Made by a program: the position numbers and the translations under genes. The notes under the pieces are model-generated. The model ran no database searches and was not told where the DNA came from. It saw nothing but the letters and a program-made list of their open reading frames with translations. From positions 14,508,001 through 14,572,000 of the forward strand of contig CM022677.1 of the NCBI GenBank assembly GCA_012295275.1: DNA of 64,000 bases, read 5' to 3'. The stretch is from Chrysomallon squamiferum (lineage: Eukaryota > Animalia > Mollusca). Each line of letters begins with the position of its first letter. Positions within the stretch are counted from its first letter, which is position 1. Below, in pieces: positions 29,261-47,033 of this stretch.

Positions 29261-30559
29261 TTTATTACTCATTATACAGCTATATACGACGTTTCGTTAT
29301 CAGCGATTTTCTGTGGTGTGCAATGACGTACACCGAGAACCCCACAAACAGAAGAAATAAACAAACTACAGCTGAAGGGAGATTACTCTCATATAATTTT
29401 TTTATTTCGGGGGGAGGCTGGATTTCTACTTTTATTTCCGGTTTGTTATTTATGGTTTTTTCAGTTAAATGTAGATTCTAAGAATCACGAAGAGCTGACT
29501 TCTTTATTATATACAGGTAATGGTAGAATATTACTTTCTTGAAATGCTTTTTGATTTTCTTTTTTTTTTATTATTCTATATATACTTTGGAGTAATTTTT
29601 GAGTAATTTAGTTGAATTTTTATTGATCAGTCAACAGAGTAATCAGTTATATTTTGCTTTTCATTGAAATTATTATATAATTTTATTTAGCAGCTGTGTA
29701 ATAGTATTTTCAAAAATATAATTATCTTTTAAAATATATAACTTATAACTATACAAAGACAAAAAATAAATAAATAAATAAAAAGGAGATTAAAATTACT
29801 CGAAAATATCATTTCTCAATTGTTTATCAAAAGTTCACATATCTAGAAAGGAATAGTAAAATGAAGCTGAAGATATATATAATACATCATGATATTTGGT
29901 TTTTTAGAAAATAATAGCAAAACAGAAACACAACTGAGGAAAACCCTTTCAAGGAAGGAAATTAAGATTACAAAAATGAATTGACCTTTGCAGCAGCATA
30001 GAGACAGCTTTACATAAGATTTAGGTAAATTGATAAATATCTTCCTTATATTTGAATACTCTGCAAGTCTTTGTATGAATCAATGTAAAAGATAGAAAAC
30101 AGATTACAATATTGCCTAAAATACAACAATGACTCCACTTAATTTCATATTAAAATGTTTTTTTTTTTTTTTTTAGAAGATCTCACTGTGTTGAAGACAT
30201 AAGTCAAAATGACAGATTTCAGTTGTATCCAGTTTTAGTTCACGTTGTATCTTATTCATCAGTCAAACAATGTGGAAATATTCAGATTTTAGGAAAAGAA
30301 ATTTTGTTTCGTCTTCTCTAAAGGAGATCATTTCTGCTTGTTCTCTCAGTCATGATGCTGTTTAGAGAATCCATTGTTACTTTAAATTCGAACTCTAAAA
30401 TATGAACTTTATATATATATATGTAATATTGAATAACAGCTGAAGGCTTCTAGTTTCCAGATTTATATCTGATTATCTACAAAAGTTCTGACATTGTATA
30501 TTTTTCATGTATATATAATTATTGTTCTCGAACAAGATGGCTTCCATCACGTGACAATT

Positions 30560-35753
<5,194 letters not shown>

Positions 35754-35893
35754 TCGGGCGCAGCCTAAGCACCTTCGGGAATTAAAGTGCATTTGGTCAA
35801 AAAGCCAAAAGCCAGTATGTGTAACTTTGTTTTTTTTACATCACAAGAGTAAGGTTGAAATATATCATGATTTTCACACATACATTTTTTCTT

Positions 35894-35936
35894 TAACGTC
35901 ATCAATATGTCACATGACTAATTTTTAATATAAATA
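35894..35936 (+). promoter_or_regulatory. Putative VP promoter: CRE-like TAACGTCA, E-box GTCACATGAC, TATA box
   Basis: Motifs at 35894-35901, 35909-35918 and TATAAA 35929-35934; ATG at 35988. Confidence 0.55.
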
Positions 35937-35987
35937 TACAACACTATTAAAATATTTCATTTGCAAATTAATATTGCATGAGATAAC

Positions 35988-38340
35988 ATGTTCACAGCTA
36001 TTGGATTGATAGCAACCAAGCTAACTGAATCTGCATTTGACATATCAGTGGAATTTGCAACTGATGCAATATTAGAATCTACAGCACCAGCAGTAACAGA
36101 AATCATTGGCGCTGATAATATGTTTCTAGACGAAGCAACTGGATTAGCACAAACGGTTGTTGAACATTCAATAGAATCTATTGCAGATTATACTAAGTCT
36201 CAGATCAAAAAAGCCATTGAAGAATTTCCTTACGCTGTGCAAGTAACTAGTTTATCTGACAAAAATATTATAAGCAAAGATAACGAACAACAGAAAGAGC
36301 AAGAGGAAGAAGAGAACGTTACTTACATATTAATCGTTTTAATGCACAAAGGAAAACGTGTATTGTATAAAAAGGAAGTTACTCGTCTTTGGGCAATAGC
36401 ATAATCTAAAGCATTAAATATATTACAACAGTTAAATGTGTCTAGGGATCAAGCTCAAGAAAAGTGGTTACAGATTCGCCGTAGATATCGAAATTTGCAA
36501 ATACCGAATTCAGCTTTCTGTTCGGCAATACATAATCTTTGGCAAGAATATAACAATACTGAAGATTCGAACGAAGAGGACCCTTTTGATTCGCCTTTAT
36601 TCTCAGAAGACCACGAAAGACAAACAAAAGAAACAACGAAAAGACACACAGAAAAACCAATTAATCCACCACCAAATAAGAAACGTAAAGAAAATCCACA
36701 GTTATCTACAACTGTATCTGAAGATGTCGAAAATACTGCAGCGAAAGGAACATATCTACAACCAGAAGAAAGTGCGATGAATCCCGATTCGGTCACAGGA
36801 AACGAAGTCACTCCAACTGGTGGTAGTGAAGCTGTGCAAGGAGCACTAATGTTCTCTATCACAGATTTGGAGGAACAACAACAGCGGCTAATCCTAAGTA
36901 TATCAAAGTAAAACGAACATTTAAACGTAAATTTACTAGTGTTTAAACTTTATTAAATTAAGAAAAGCAGAAATGAATATTCTGAATAACGGCGTAGATC
37001 AAATAGGTTGGCCCAATGCTATTGGAGATCCATCCGTATGTAAATTTACTTTTAATCATGGTGGTCATATAATACCTTATTGGTATAAACCTGATGATTG
37101 GAATTTACCAGATGAATTTGTAGGTTATAGAATTAAAAAGTTTGGATTCAATATTAATAATTCATGTTTTAAATAATAAGGCTGATCCTAATGAAGTTCC
37201 TGCTATGGCTCCACCAAATGCTAGAGTGTGGACTTTTACTGATACCAACAAAAAATACAGGTGATTATAGTCATAATAATTTATTTAGAGATAAAGAATG
37301 TATGGATCAAACCGATGAGCGAAGTATCAAGGTACAACCTGATAGAAATATTTATTTGCCAAGTGATATAGGAATGCAGGTTTAAAATAATGCTTGGACA
37401 ATGAATGGTGATAATATAAAAATTTACATAACTGACACCTGATTATATTTGTGATTTAAAAAAACATGACGGTTACAAGAAACTTTAATTAGTGCGGGAG
37501 GGTTTGCTTTAGATTATGAATGTAAAGATGCTCCTCTAGCATTATTTCCAGGAGAAAGCAAACATACTTTAAATTTCACTCAAGTTACTGGTAACGTAAA
37601 AAAGACCAGTTATCAATGTAGTAATGTAAGTGCAAAATATTTTGAAGCGTGCTCAACGGGTGAAATAACAGTAACTGATACTACTCAACATCAAATGGGA
37701 AAAGCTATTATAAGTTATTTTAATCATCAGTATGGAAATGTTGATTATAAAGAACGTTTTCAGAATTTAGCTGGTGAAAAGTTAGGTGCACCAGCAATGG
37801 CAAATGATAGTAATCAAAATAAACTGATTAAAAAAAGGTGTGACAGCAAATGATGTAAGTGATCAAAATATTAAAACAGAAATGACTGAAGTCATCGTAG
37901 AACGTATGAAGTTAATTGACCACCAATGTTTTTGATAGGTATATATCCTGATGTGAAAAACACAAGTAATGGTAACACATTATTCTTTAATTATCATGCT
38001 ATTCAAATAACGCATTATAGTGAAGTAGAGTTCATAGTTAGGACTGGTATGTGTCCTAAATACATTCCTATTGGACTTGGTGGTTGCCCTGGTGTTATGA
38101 GAGGAATGTTTATACTGTGGTTGCTTGTAAAAAAGATAATATAAAACATACAGAACAAGAACAATTTTTATCTGAAAATTCTAAACAATATTTCGAGAGA
38201 ATTAAAAAATCTTGGCAACTACGAATAGACGCTCCAATATGGGATAATTGGAATAGAAGAAAACCTAGACGGCTGTTGTTTATGGTGATAGGACTGTCCC
38301 TATCGTTGGAAAAGAAAATGATTGGAAATATCCTTTATAA
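35988..38340 (+). pseudogene. Parvovirus-type single jelly-roll capsid protein (VP) gene, ~780 codons, about ten stops/frameshifts
   Basis: ORFs 35988 and 36438 share a frame, split by one TAA. Collinear motifs (AAV equivalents in brackets): NLS-like PPNKKRK, G/T-rich linker, KRTFKRKFTSV, GHIIPYWYKPDDWNLPDEFVGYRIKKFGFNINN ([28 protein letters not shown]), ARVWTFTDT (VQVFTDS), YICDLKK..SAGGFALDYE, PPMFLIGIYP (PPQILIKNTP), IQITHYSEVEF. Ends KENDWKYPL*. No PLA2 motif seen. Confidence 0.82.
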
Positions 38341-38502
38341 ATTTCATTAAAATTAATTTGATTAATAACTATATTGTTATTTGATATGAAATTAATTTAT
38401 TATATATTACATAAAATGAGGTTTAAACGAAGAGCTTAGTTTTGGACAATATTTAATTCTTCATTATTATTACTTTTTAAATTGAATAAAATTTATTCTG
38501 TT

Positions 38503-38533
<31 letters not shown>

Positions 38534-38579
38534 GACAAAGGAAAATGTAATTTTAGTGATGAGCTCATCTATATTTAGT

Positions 38580-38677
38580 TGACGTCAGAAAGTCGAAGCT
38601 GATTGGTCAATTTGAATATTACGTCATTAGCAACTAGACAATTAGCTACAAAAGTCAGCTGCAGTTGTGTTTATAAA
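38580..38677 (+). promoter_or_regulatory. Compact promoter: CRE, reverse CCAAT, CRE-like, TATA
   Basis: TGACGTCA 38580-38587, ATTGG 38602-38606, TTACGTCA 38619-38626, TATAAA 38672-38677. Upstream AATAAA at 38485-38490 could end the VP transcript. Confidence 0.65.
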
Positions 38678-38764
38678 GCGAACAAAAAAATTGAAAAAAC
38701 GAAGTGGCTGTCTTGGTGTTGTCCGTGTGTCAAGCGTCGAAGACATCAAAGAAAATTCAGAAAA

Positions 38765-39324
38765 ATGATTGAGGCTAAACAAGAAGTGCTAAGAGGTACG
38801 TATTAACTATTAATTCAAAGAGATGGTAATTTACAAGTATCAATAGGCAGACAAGTATGTCACATGACTAATTACAAATATCGCCCGTTTCTACAATGTC
38901 AAAGATATAACTGTAAAAACAAATAATAAAGTATTAATCTAAAACCAAAACTAACAAACAAACAATAACATATTAATATAAAACTTTACCTAATTGTTTA
39001 CTATTTGCAGTGGCCAAAGATATTATTTTGGAGGACCTGGAGGAAACCGTGATGGAGCTGAATTTGGTATCGGACGCGTACACTAGCGAGGTGGAGAAAC
39101 TGTTAACACTCTGGGAATACCGCATCGGGGAATACCATCTGAATATTGCCGAATGTATGGACCATACAAAGTTTAATCCGTTTAAAGAATTTGATTTGTT
39201 CTGGCGAAGCAACGAAGATTTGCGAGCTGTGCTATACGCAATTCGAAAGCCGCCAAAACGCTACTACGAGCTTCTCAGAAAGAACAAAGAGTTGTGCAAT
39301 ATTCTCACAGATTTATTGTATTAG
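38765..39324 (+). CDS. Intact two-exon ORF, 114 aa (join 38765-38795, 39011-39324), probable viral accessory/non-structural protein
   Basis: AAAAATG start, donor AG|GTACGT and acceptor TTTGCAG. The phase-1 join gives MIEAKQEVLRVAKDIILEDLEETVMELNL...NKELCNILTDLLY*. Helical-looking, no recognised domain. Confidence 0.6.
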
Positions 39325-42010
39325 AACAAAACTTTGATCTGTCTGTCAGTCTCCTTTCCTTAGGTTCTTCTACAATAGAAAACAGACTTTACTCTCTGTA
39401 AAATTACTGATTGTGTTATATTTCTTTTTACTTTTCCTCTGTTGGCTACAATTTTATTTCACGGGAGCATTAATTTCATTATTTATTATCTATTTATAAG
39501 TCAATATTATTTATTTATTTATTTATTGCTTTATTTCTTGCTTTATTTCTTTAGTTAATTAGATTTTTTTTTTTTTTTTTTTTTGTATCTTAACGTCACA
39601 TACATTCTCTACCACTTTTCAGTTTAAACTGAATAAAAAGCCATTACTAAACATATTCTTTCATTATTTGTATGTATGTATAGATATACATACATACACA
39701 CTATAAACACATGCCTGCATACATACCCACGTGCATCGAAAAAATACACACATATACACACAAACACATAAACAAACACTCATACAAACATACATTGGCT
39801 CACGGTATATTTGTGATGCATATGTTATAGAAAAAAATTATTTATTTACTTATTTTTATATTTTTAAAAATTAGTTATAGTTGTTTTTTTTTTTTTTTTT
39901 TTTTTTTCTTTTTTTTTCTCATTTACAATATACATACAGTGTTTAACAAAAATATTTCATAGTATGGCTTTAAAAAGAAAAACAAAATTAAAAAAAAAAA
40001 AATTAAAAGAAAAAAGGAAAAGACAAAAATCACTTGTAAATAAAATAAAATTGTTGTTTTTCCTATCTTTTGTGTTTGTTTTAACATATCACAGTTTAGG
40101 TGTGGTTAGAACAGGAAAGTATGTGAGAGAAAAATTAAAATAATTGATCCAGCTCTGCTCATTATTATTATAATTATCATCTACAGGCTACTTACTATTA
40201 TTGTAATTATCATCTACTAACTCTCACTTTTATTATAATTATCTGTTCACACACACTTGATAAATAACTGGTTTCTACATTCTGGTTTGTAAAAAAAAAT
40301 GGCATTTTGCAGATTATATACTTTAAAACATTTTTTTAGTAAAATATAAAAATAAGAAATAATATAAATAAATAAAAATAACTTTAAAAAGTATTTGTCA
40401 TGCTTTGTATCAATCATATACATGTTCTGTATTTTGTGTAAAACACATCAGTACCTTAAGCTACTAATATTTTAATAACTAACCTATCAAGACCATTCAT
40501 ATTACAAACAAAACCTTATATAATCAGCAGTATGTTAGTAACTGCAGTATTAAAAACACTGTGATACATCATGCTACTCAGTGATAAATAATAATGAGAA
40601 TTCTTACAATCTCAAAGAAAAGCTAACTTCAGTTTCTGTTAAGTCACACTGTACACTGGCTATAACTGAAATTCATTCACAGATAAAGCACTGAGGATTT
40701 GTAATGCTACATAATATACATTTATCTAAGAAAACAAGTAAACTGTAATCTGTCTCTTAAAATAAAACAGCTGAAAGAAACATTTCTTCATTCTTTGATG
40801 TATGGGCCAGTGATAAGTGTCTATCTATGTTTCAATGTGTGCATGAGTAAGTACTTGTGTAAGTCTGTATGCATGTTTATTTGTGTATTTGAGGTATGTG
40901 TTTTTGTATGTATTTATGCATGTGTATCTGTGTGAGTTTATATTATGTGCATTTGAGTGTGTATATACTTGTGTAAGTCTGTATACATGTGTATTTGAGT
41001 GTATGTATTTTTATATGTATGTATGCATGTGTATCTGTGTGAGTTTATATTATGTGCATTTGAGTGTGCATATATTTGTGCAAGTCTGTATCTGCATGTA
41101 TCTGTGTGCTTATTATGTATGCATGACTGTGTATGTATTTCTGCAGGTTTGCATGTATATGTGTCTGTGTATGTTTGTATTGTATGTTTAAGTATGTATT
41201 ATATGTTTGTATGTCTGTATGTACGTGTGGATATATTTGTATTATGTGTGTGCTGTATGAGTGAATTTGTTTATTTAGTCAAATTATCTAGTGATCATGA
41301 ATATGTTTCTGAATGTGTGCGTATGTGTATGTTTTAGAATGTTTGAATGTATGTACTTATATCTAAGTATGTGTTTGTATTACTGTAAGTTTGGATGAAA
41401 TCAATGCCAAATAAATTGATATCTGAACACCAAAAATAAAAACAAATCTGAAAATAAATAAAGTATCTACCGTGTGTGTTATGTTGTTTTTTTACCTGCT
41501 GAAATTAAAGAACAACAGAAATTGAATAAAATAACTATCTATATTTAATTATTTTAAATTTGTGTTTTTTTTGTTTTTTAAATAATTAGTTACTAATTTA
41601 AAATCAAACACTCACATTAAAATAGAAAAATAAACATATTCCATAAACATACACAATTAAAAAAACTCATAATTCATCATAAACTAATACACACATATGC
41701 GCATACACATGCACACAGGCATACCTATAAAAAATTCCATACAAACACAGATATAAAGACACACACTCACCGTACAAATACAGCCACATTCACACACAGA
41801 AACATACAAACTTAATACAAGACACATACAACTCACACACATATAAATACAAACATACACAGAACCATATATACAATTACATACATATATATATAACATC
41901 ACCATAAAAACTCACTCTTACACATCATATAAAGATAATTATGTAGAAACAAAATGACACACAGTGCTATAAAGAGATAAGAGGTATATAAAAATATCAC
42001 TTGTTTGTAG

Positions 42011-42595
42011 GTAAAAAGAAGATGGAGGTAGAGCATGTCCCGGTGACAGAAGCAGAAAACACCAGTAACACAGTCAGTGAAAACACCAGTAACACAGTCA
42101 GAGAAAACATCAGTAACACAGTCACAGAAAACATCAGTAACACAGTCAGTGAAAACACCAGTAACACAGTCAGAGAAAACATCAGTAACACAGTCAGTGA
42201 AAACACCAGTAACACACCAGTAACACAGTCAGTGAAAACACCAGTAACACAGTCAGAGAAAACACCAGTAACACAGTCAGAGAAAACACCAGTAACACAG
42301 TCAGTGAAAACACCAGTAACACAGTCAGTGAAAACAGCAGTAACAGTCAGTGAAAACAGCAGTAACACAGTCAGAGAAAACACAGTTCAGTCAGAAACTA
42401 GCTTAAAGAGAACAGCAGTAACACAGTCAGTGAAAACACAGTTCAGTCAGAAACCAGCTTAAAGAGAACAGCAGCACAAAGCGGTGATGAAACAACTGAA
42501 AGAACTACAGCAACAACAGCAACAACAGCAGATGTGAAGAAAACAGAATCAAGCACATTTCTGAAAATAAGAGAGAAGACAAAAGTAAACCTATG
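42011..42595 (+). repeat. 24-bp tandem repeat (~15 copies, CAGTAACACAGTCAGTGAAAACAC) inside a possible Ser/Thr-rich mucin-like exon
   Basis: Acceptor-like ttgtttgtag at 42010. Open frame (ENTSNTVS)n then (KTPVTQSV)n; a frameshift near 42445 leads into ETTERTTATTATTADVKK. Confidence 0.75.
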
Positions 42596-43639
42596 ACAAA
42601 TAAATAATCATAATAGTAATAATTATTATTATTACTAACATAGTATTAATATTAATATTATTAACAATACTATTAATTACAATAATACAATAATAACAAT
42701 AAATAACAACAATAACAACAATAATTAATAAATAAAGAAAAGAAATAAAGTTCTCTATAACTTGTTTACTGATTGCTTAATCTTAGATTTCCTGTTTTGT
42801 AAAAACAATATTGTTGTCATGATCTTATGTTTTGATTTCATCATGTGGTTTTTAATGCACAGAAAAGGTGAAAATAAAAAATCATTAAGTTGACAGCTAT
42901 TTTCATATAAAATATATTTTGGTACTTTATTAAATAAGAATTTAAACTGTTTTCACTTAAATAATAATATCCATTTCAAGATGTTGCATTTTGATTTTGT
43001 CATCTTTCTCAAAGAAATTTTAAAATAACGTGTCTGATCAAAGGATATCACTACTTTCATATAAAATTTATTTGCAAACTTTATCAGTTTGCAATAGGTC
43101 TTATAAAACCATCAGTAACCATCCATGTATGATCAATGCATCTCACTAGTTACCTACACATCAATGTCTATATAACTACCTTACATATCTATTTTTCTGT
43201 ATGTCTTTCCATCTATAAACTTAAATATATGTCTAGAGCTCAAAAACATTCTTACACATGCATATATGTTAAAATATATCAAACTAGTCATTTAGCCTAA
43301 CACAAAACCATCAGAAATTAGGCCTAATGAGTAAAATGTCCTGGAATTAGGCTGAATGACTGGATTTTCCATGGTGTTGTTTGACATTCTGCCTGATAGT
43401 TATTTAGACAATAAGTCAAGCAGGTTTAATGCTTTGCAACATCATTAGTGGTTCAGTTCAATTCTTTATTATTCTAAGCTTTACAGCTTATTGATATACA
43501 ATGTCAATAATAATAAGAAAGAAAAAAAAGAAGAAAAAAAACAACAACAGAATTACAAATACTGACAGTATGAAAAAAGAGAAAAATCCTTTGGAGAATA
43601 TTAATTGCAGATAAATTATGTCTAACAAGTTCATACTTT

Positions 43640-43760
43640 TTGACCAGTTACCACCCAAGACCAAGCTTGACCAGTTGCCACCTAAAACCAAGCTTGACCA
43701 GTTACCACTCAAAACCAAGCTTGACCAATTACCACCCAACTCGGAACCTGACCAGCTGCT
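43640..43760. repeat. 27-bp tandem repeat, 4-5 copies (CTTGACCAGTTACCACCCAAGACCAAG)
   Basis: Directly visible; fused to the transposase fragment that follows. Confidence 0.85.
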
Positions 43761-43764
43761 GCCC

Positions 43765-43963
43765 AGTGCCAGGAGCCAGTTTGATGTGTGTCCCCAGAGA
43801 CTGCTGTTGTCTCATGATGTCTCTTAGAGCAGGGCTGTCAACAGAGTCCACCGCAGGAGGAGAAGAGTTTGTCAAATGCAACTGTGAAGTGAAAAAGAGT
43901 CAAACAAAATGTTTCAAGAACAATTCAAGATGTTACTCAAGTTTGAACTGCTGTAATAAATAG
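43765..43963 (+). mobile_element. C-terminal fragment of a Ginger-like/KRBA2-type integrase transposase
   Basis: ARSQFDVCPQRLL..DV / SLRA..ESTAGGEEFVKCNC..KCFKN.NSRCYSSLNCCNK* matches the family end motif YSRNQFDLCPQ..SLR..GGQGFVKCNC..CNSRCH.SL.C.NK. Frameshifted and deleted. Confidence 0.75.
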
Positions 43964-45189
43964 AACACTACTTGTAATTTGTTTCAAAATAGATGTTTTC
44001 TTGAAATTGGAAATCATTATTTTTCATTCAGTGATTTTTGCCTAATGAATAAAGGTCTGGTTACCACTTATCTACCACTCTGCATCTCTCTGTGTGTCTA
44101 TATGTCAACCTGTTGAGTAACTAACTACACACATACCTATCTGCTTGTTCTATCTTATCTAGTTTGTTTTTATCTTCTCCATGCAAGAATATTCCAATCC
44201 ATCAGTAACCATCCATCAATCATCTACCCAACCTACCTACATATCTAATTATGCCAACATACCTACATTACAACTGTATTTCTGTCTGTCCATTTACAAA
44301 AACACTCTATAAAACTTTATTTAGTTTCTCTCTCACTGTCCAAATTATTATCACTGTACCTTCTCTTTCTGTCTGTGTATCTTCCTCTCTGTCAGTTTAT
44401 CTAGAGTCTGTCTTCTGTCTGTCTATCTATATTTTATTATCCCTTTTTCTTACACCTGCCTAACTATGGCTACTTGTCAACCTTCTGACACTGTTTTTCA
44501 TGCAGTGTGTAATCTATGTATCAATCCATCATCTATCTTTCTATCCATCTGTGCATCTGTTACTGGACGTTTTTAAAATGTATTATTAAAGTTAAAAAAC
44601 ACACACGTTTATCACATAAATTTTCAATATACAATGAGCTTCTTTTTAAAGTAAATTTAATTATCTGGTATACATTTACTTTCACCGTAATATATTTATT
44701 TAAAAAGGGCACTTACCTGGAAACCATATTTATTCATGTCTACTGGAGTACTTGTTTACAATAAAAGTTTACACTCTTCTTTTCAGTATCAATCTGTGTG
44801 TAGATAATAAAACATCTCCTTAATTTCAGGTCTTCTCACTTCTTCCTTTTAAATAGAAAAACCAAAAATATATTAATGTTCACATAAACTAACTGAGTTC
44901 TTTATAAAGTAAAAACTGAAATTTAATTTGCTGCTACTAAAAACTTTGAAAAAGAAGCAAGAACAATATAAAAAACAAATAATAATAATAACAATAAAAA
45001 AAACAAATTCAGTATATATCACATGAACATATTTTTAAAACAGTGTTTAATCTGGCAAATGCTGTCCTAGATTCTAGTGAGAAAATGGATTGTCAAACAG
45101 GAAACTAATTTAATCCTAGGAATAAAGTGTTTATACAATTACAAAGACTTCCAGCATTATTGTTTTTCTGCTTTGCAAATTTGACAAAT

Positions 45190-45380
45190 GTCTGAAGATG
45201 CTATGCGAGATACAGCAAAGACTCTGAGTATTTCAAAGTCCACACTGTGTGACAAAGACGAAACATCTCGACGTGACCTCCAAGCCAAAGAACAAGAATA
45301 ATCTGGTTTTTAATGCAGCTACCTAAGTGTGGACAGTGTCAGAAATGTGACATACAACAGTGAAATGTACACAGTGATAT
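45190..45380 (+). mobile_element. Possible Tc1/pogo-type transposase HTH remnant
   Basis: DAMRDTAKTLSISKSTLCDK resembles a transposase helix-turn-helix. Very short, no TIR found. Confidence 0.25.
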
Positions 45381-45467
45381 AACCCATTTAGCTATTCTGG
45401 TGGAAATCACTACAAAAACTCTGACCACTGCTGATCCCTGGCAAAAACTGCAAAGGATCACATGAAA

Positions 45468-45498
<31 letters not shown>

Positions 45499-46136
45499 AT
45501 ACCCTATAGCTGCATTATGACATCTTCATTATGAAAGTTTTTATGTGTCTTATTAATCCAGTTAAAATAAATTTCAGGTCATCTTACGTGTTAAAGTTTC
45601 TTATTTCCTGTAAAATATAATTCTCTGACAAGAATAAATAATATTACTCAAATAGAACTTACCTTTTTTTTCTCTATTGATGTCGCATGCTTTCTTCTCA
45701 AACTGTAGGAACTGTAGGAACTGCTGACAAACACATTCTGACTGGAGTCGGTTTCTGTTGTTTCTGTTAGTATTACTGACGACATTCAACATGAGATAAA
45801 ATGTCAGACTCTTTCAAGCTGATAATCACACAGGCAGTGTCTGTAAGTAAAATTAAGATGAAATTAAAGTATTTAGGGAAACAAAGTTTATTTCTCTGCT
45901 GATCAGAGGTGAAAACATCACACATTCTTATGCAGCAGGAAACGAACAATACAGACAGAAAGCTTCATATACTCTTTATCTCTGTCATAAATATATACAA
46001 AGTATTTAACATTTTATCTGTTTTATAAAGCAATTTGCATAGTTGAAAAACATTGAAACAAAAACTAGATCATTATATTCAAATATTTAAAACACAATTA
46101 ACATCATTGTGTCAAAGTGAATGGTATCTGCATGTG

Positions 46137-46179
<43 letters not shown>

Positions 46180-46298
46180 GTTGTGTGTAGATGTGTGTGT
46201 GTACCTGTTTCTTGATCAATATTGTTCTGTACATATTTGTTAATATTACTTTTAATTTTTTTCTTCTTATTGGTATCATCATTATCATCATCATCATC

Positions 46299-46334
<36 letters not shown>

Positions 46335-46566
46335 TTATTTTATTATTATTATTATTATTTCACATTATAGGTGAAATTTTTGTTTCTTTCTTTTTGTCTG
46401 TCTTTGATAAACGACAGAACAAAAATAAATGTCACTGTTGGGTGTCATTCAAAACTAAATAAAGCAGAAAATACGTGAAATTACAGATATGTGTGTGTTG
46501 TTGTAGTTTTAATTATGCTAACAGTAGAATCAGGTTAGAAAATTTGATGGTTAATGAAGAGTCAAC

Positions 46567-46658
<92 letters not shown>

Positions 46659-46981
46659 GCTTATGATGAGAGTGTACTTTTGTATGGGTTATAAATGGAC
46701 AGACAAACAGAAAGATACATATGTATTTTGAAAGTTGTTATGCATGCAGGAGGCGAGTGAGACAGAGAGACTCAGAGGTAGAGAGAGTTTGATAGATAAA
46801 AACTTAGACAGACAGACAGATTGTTTGTAGGACAATAGACTGATAGAAAGGAACAAAGATAAATACAAAGCCACATAGGAACATACTGATAGATATAGGA
46901 ACACAGAGACAAACTGATTAAGAGACATGATAATATGGGGTATATAATAAAGTGTGACTATATATATGTGGTGTTAGATAT

Positions 46982-47033
<52 letters not shown>

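Larger units (their letters stand above)
35754..39340 (+). mobile_element. Endogenous parvoviral element (densovirus/hamaparvovirus-like), capsid-bearing, no NS1 seen
   Basis: Gene-dense, CpG-containing segment that starts where host paralogy (copy C) stops. It contains a VP pseudogene, two compact promoters and a small spliced ORF. The right boundary is approximate. Confidence 0.8.

Noticed and set aside
36442-36862. Minus-strand and +1 ORFs overlapping VP as ambisense NS genes
   Set aside because: Shadow frames with no HUH or Walker motifs.
39146-39337. Alternative-frame ORF with KICELCYT, reminiscent of densoviral NS3 Cys motifs
   Set aside because: Single short motif, no ATG start and several upstream stops; the overlapping spliced frame is better supported.
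40883-41905. Cys/Val/Tyr-rich ORFs here and similar CV/HT/ER-repeat ORFs elsewhere
   Set aside because: Translations of degenerate GT/AC/GA microsatellite DNA.
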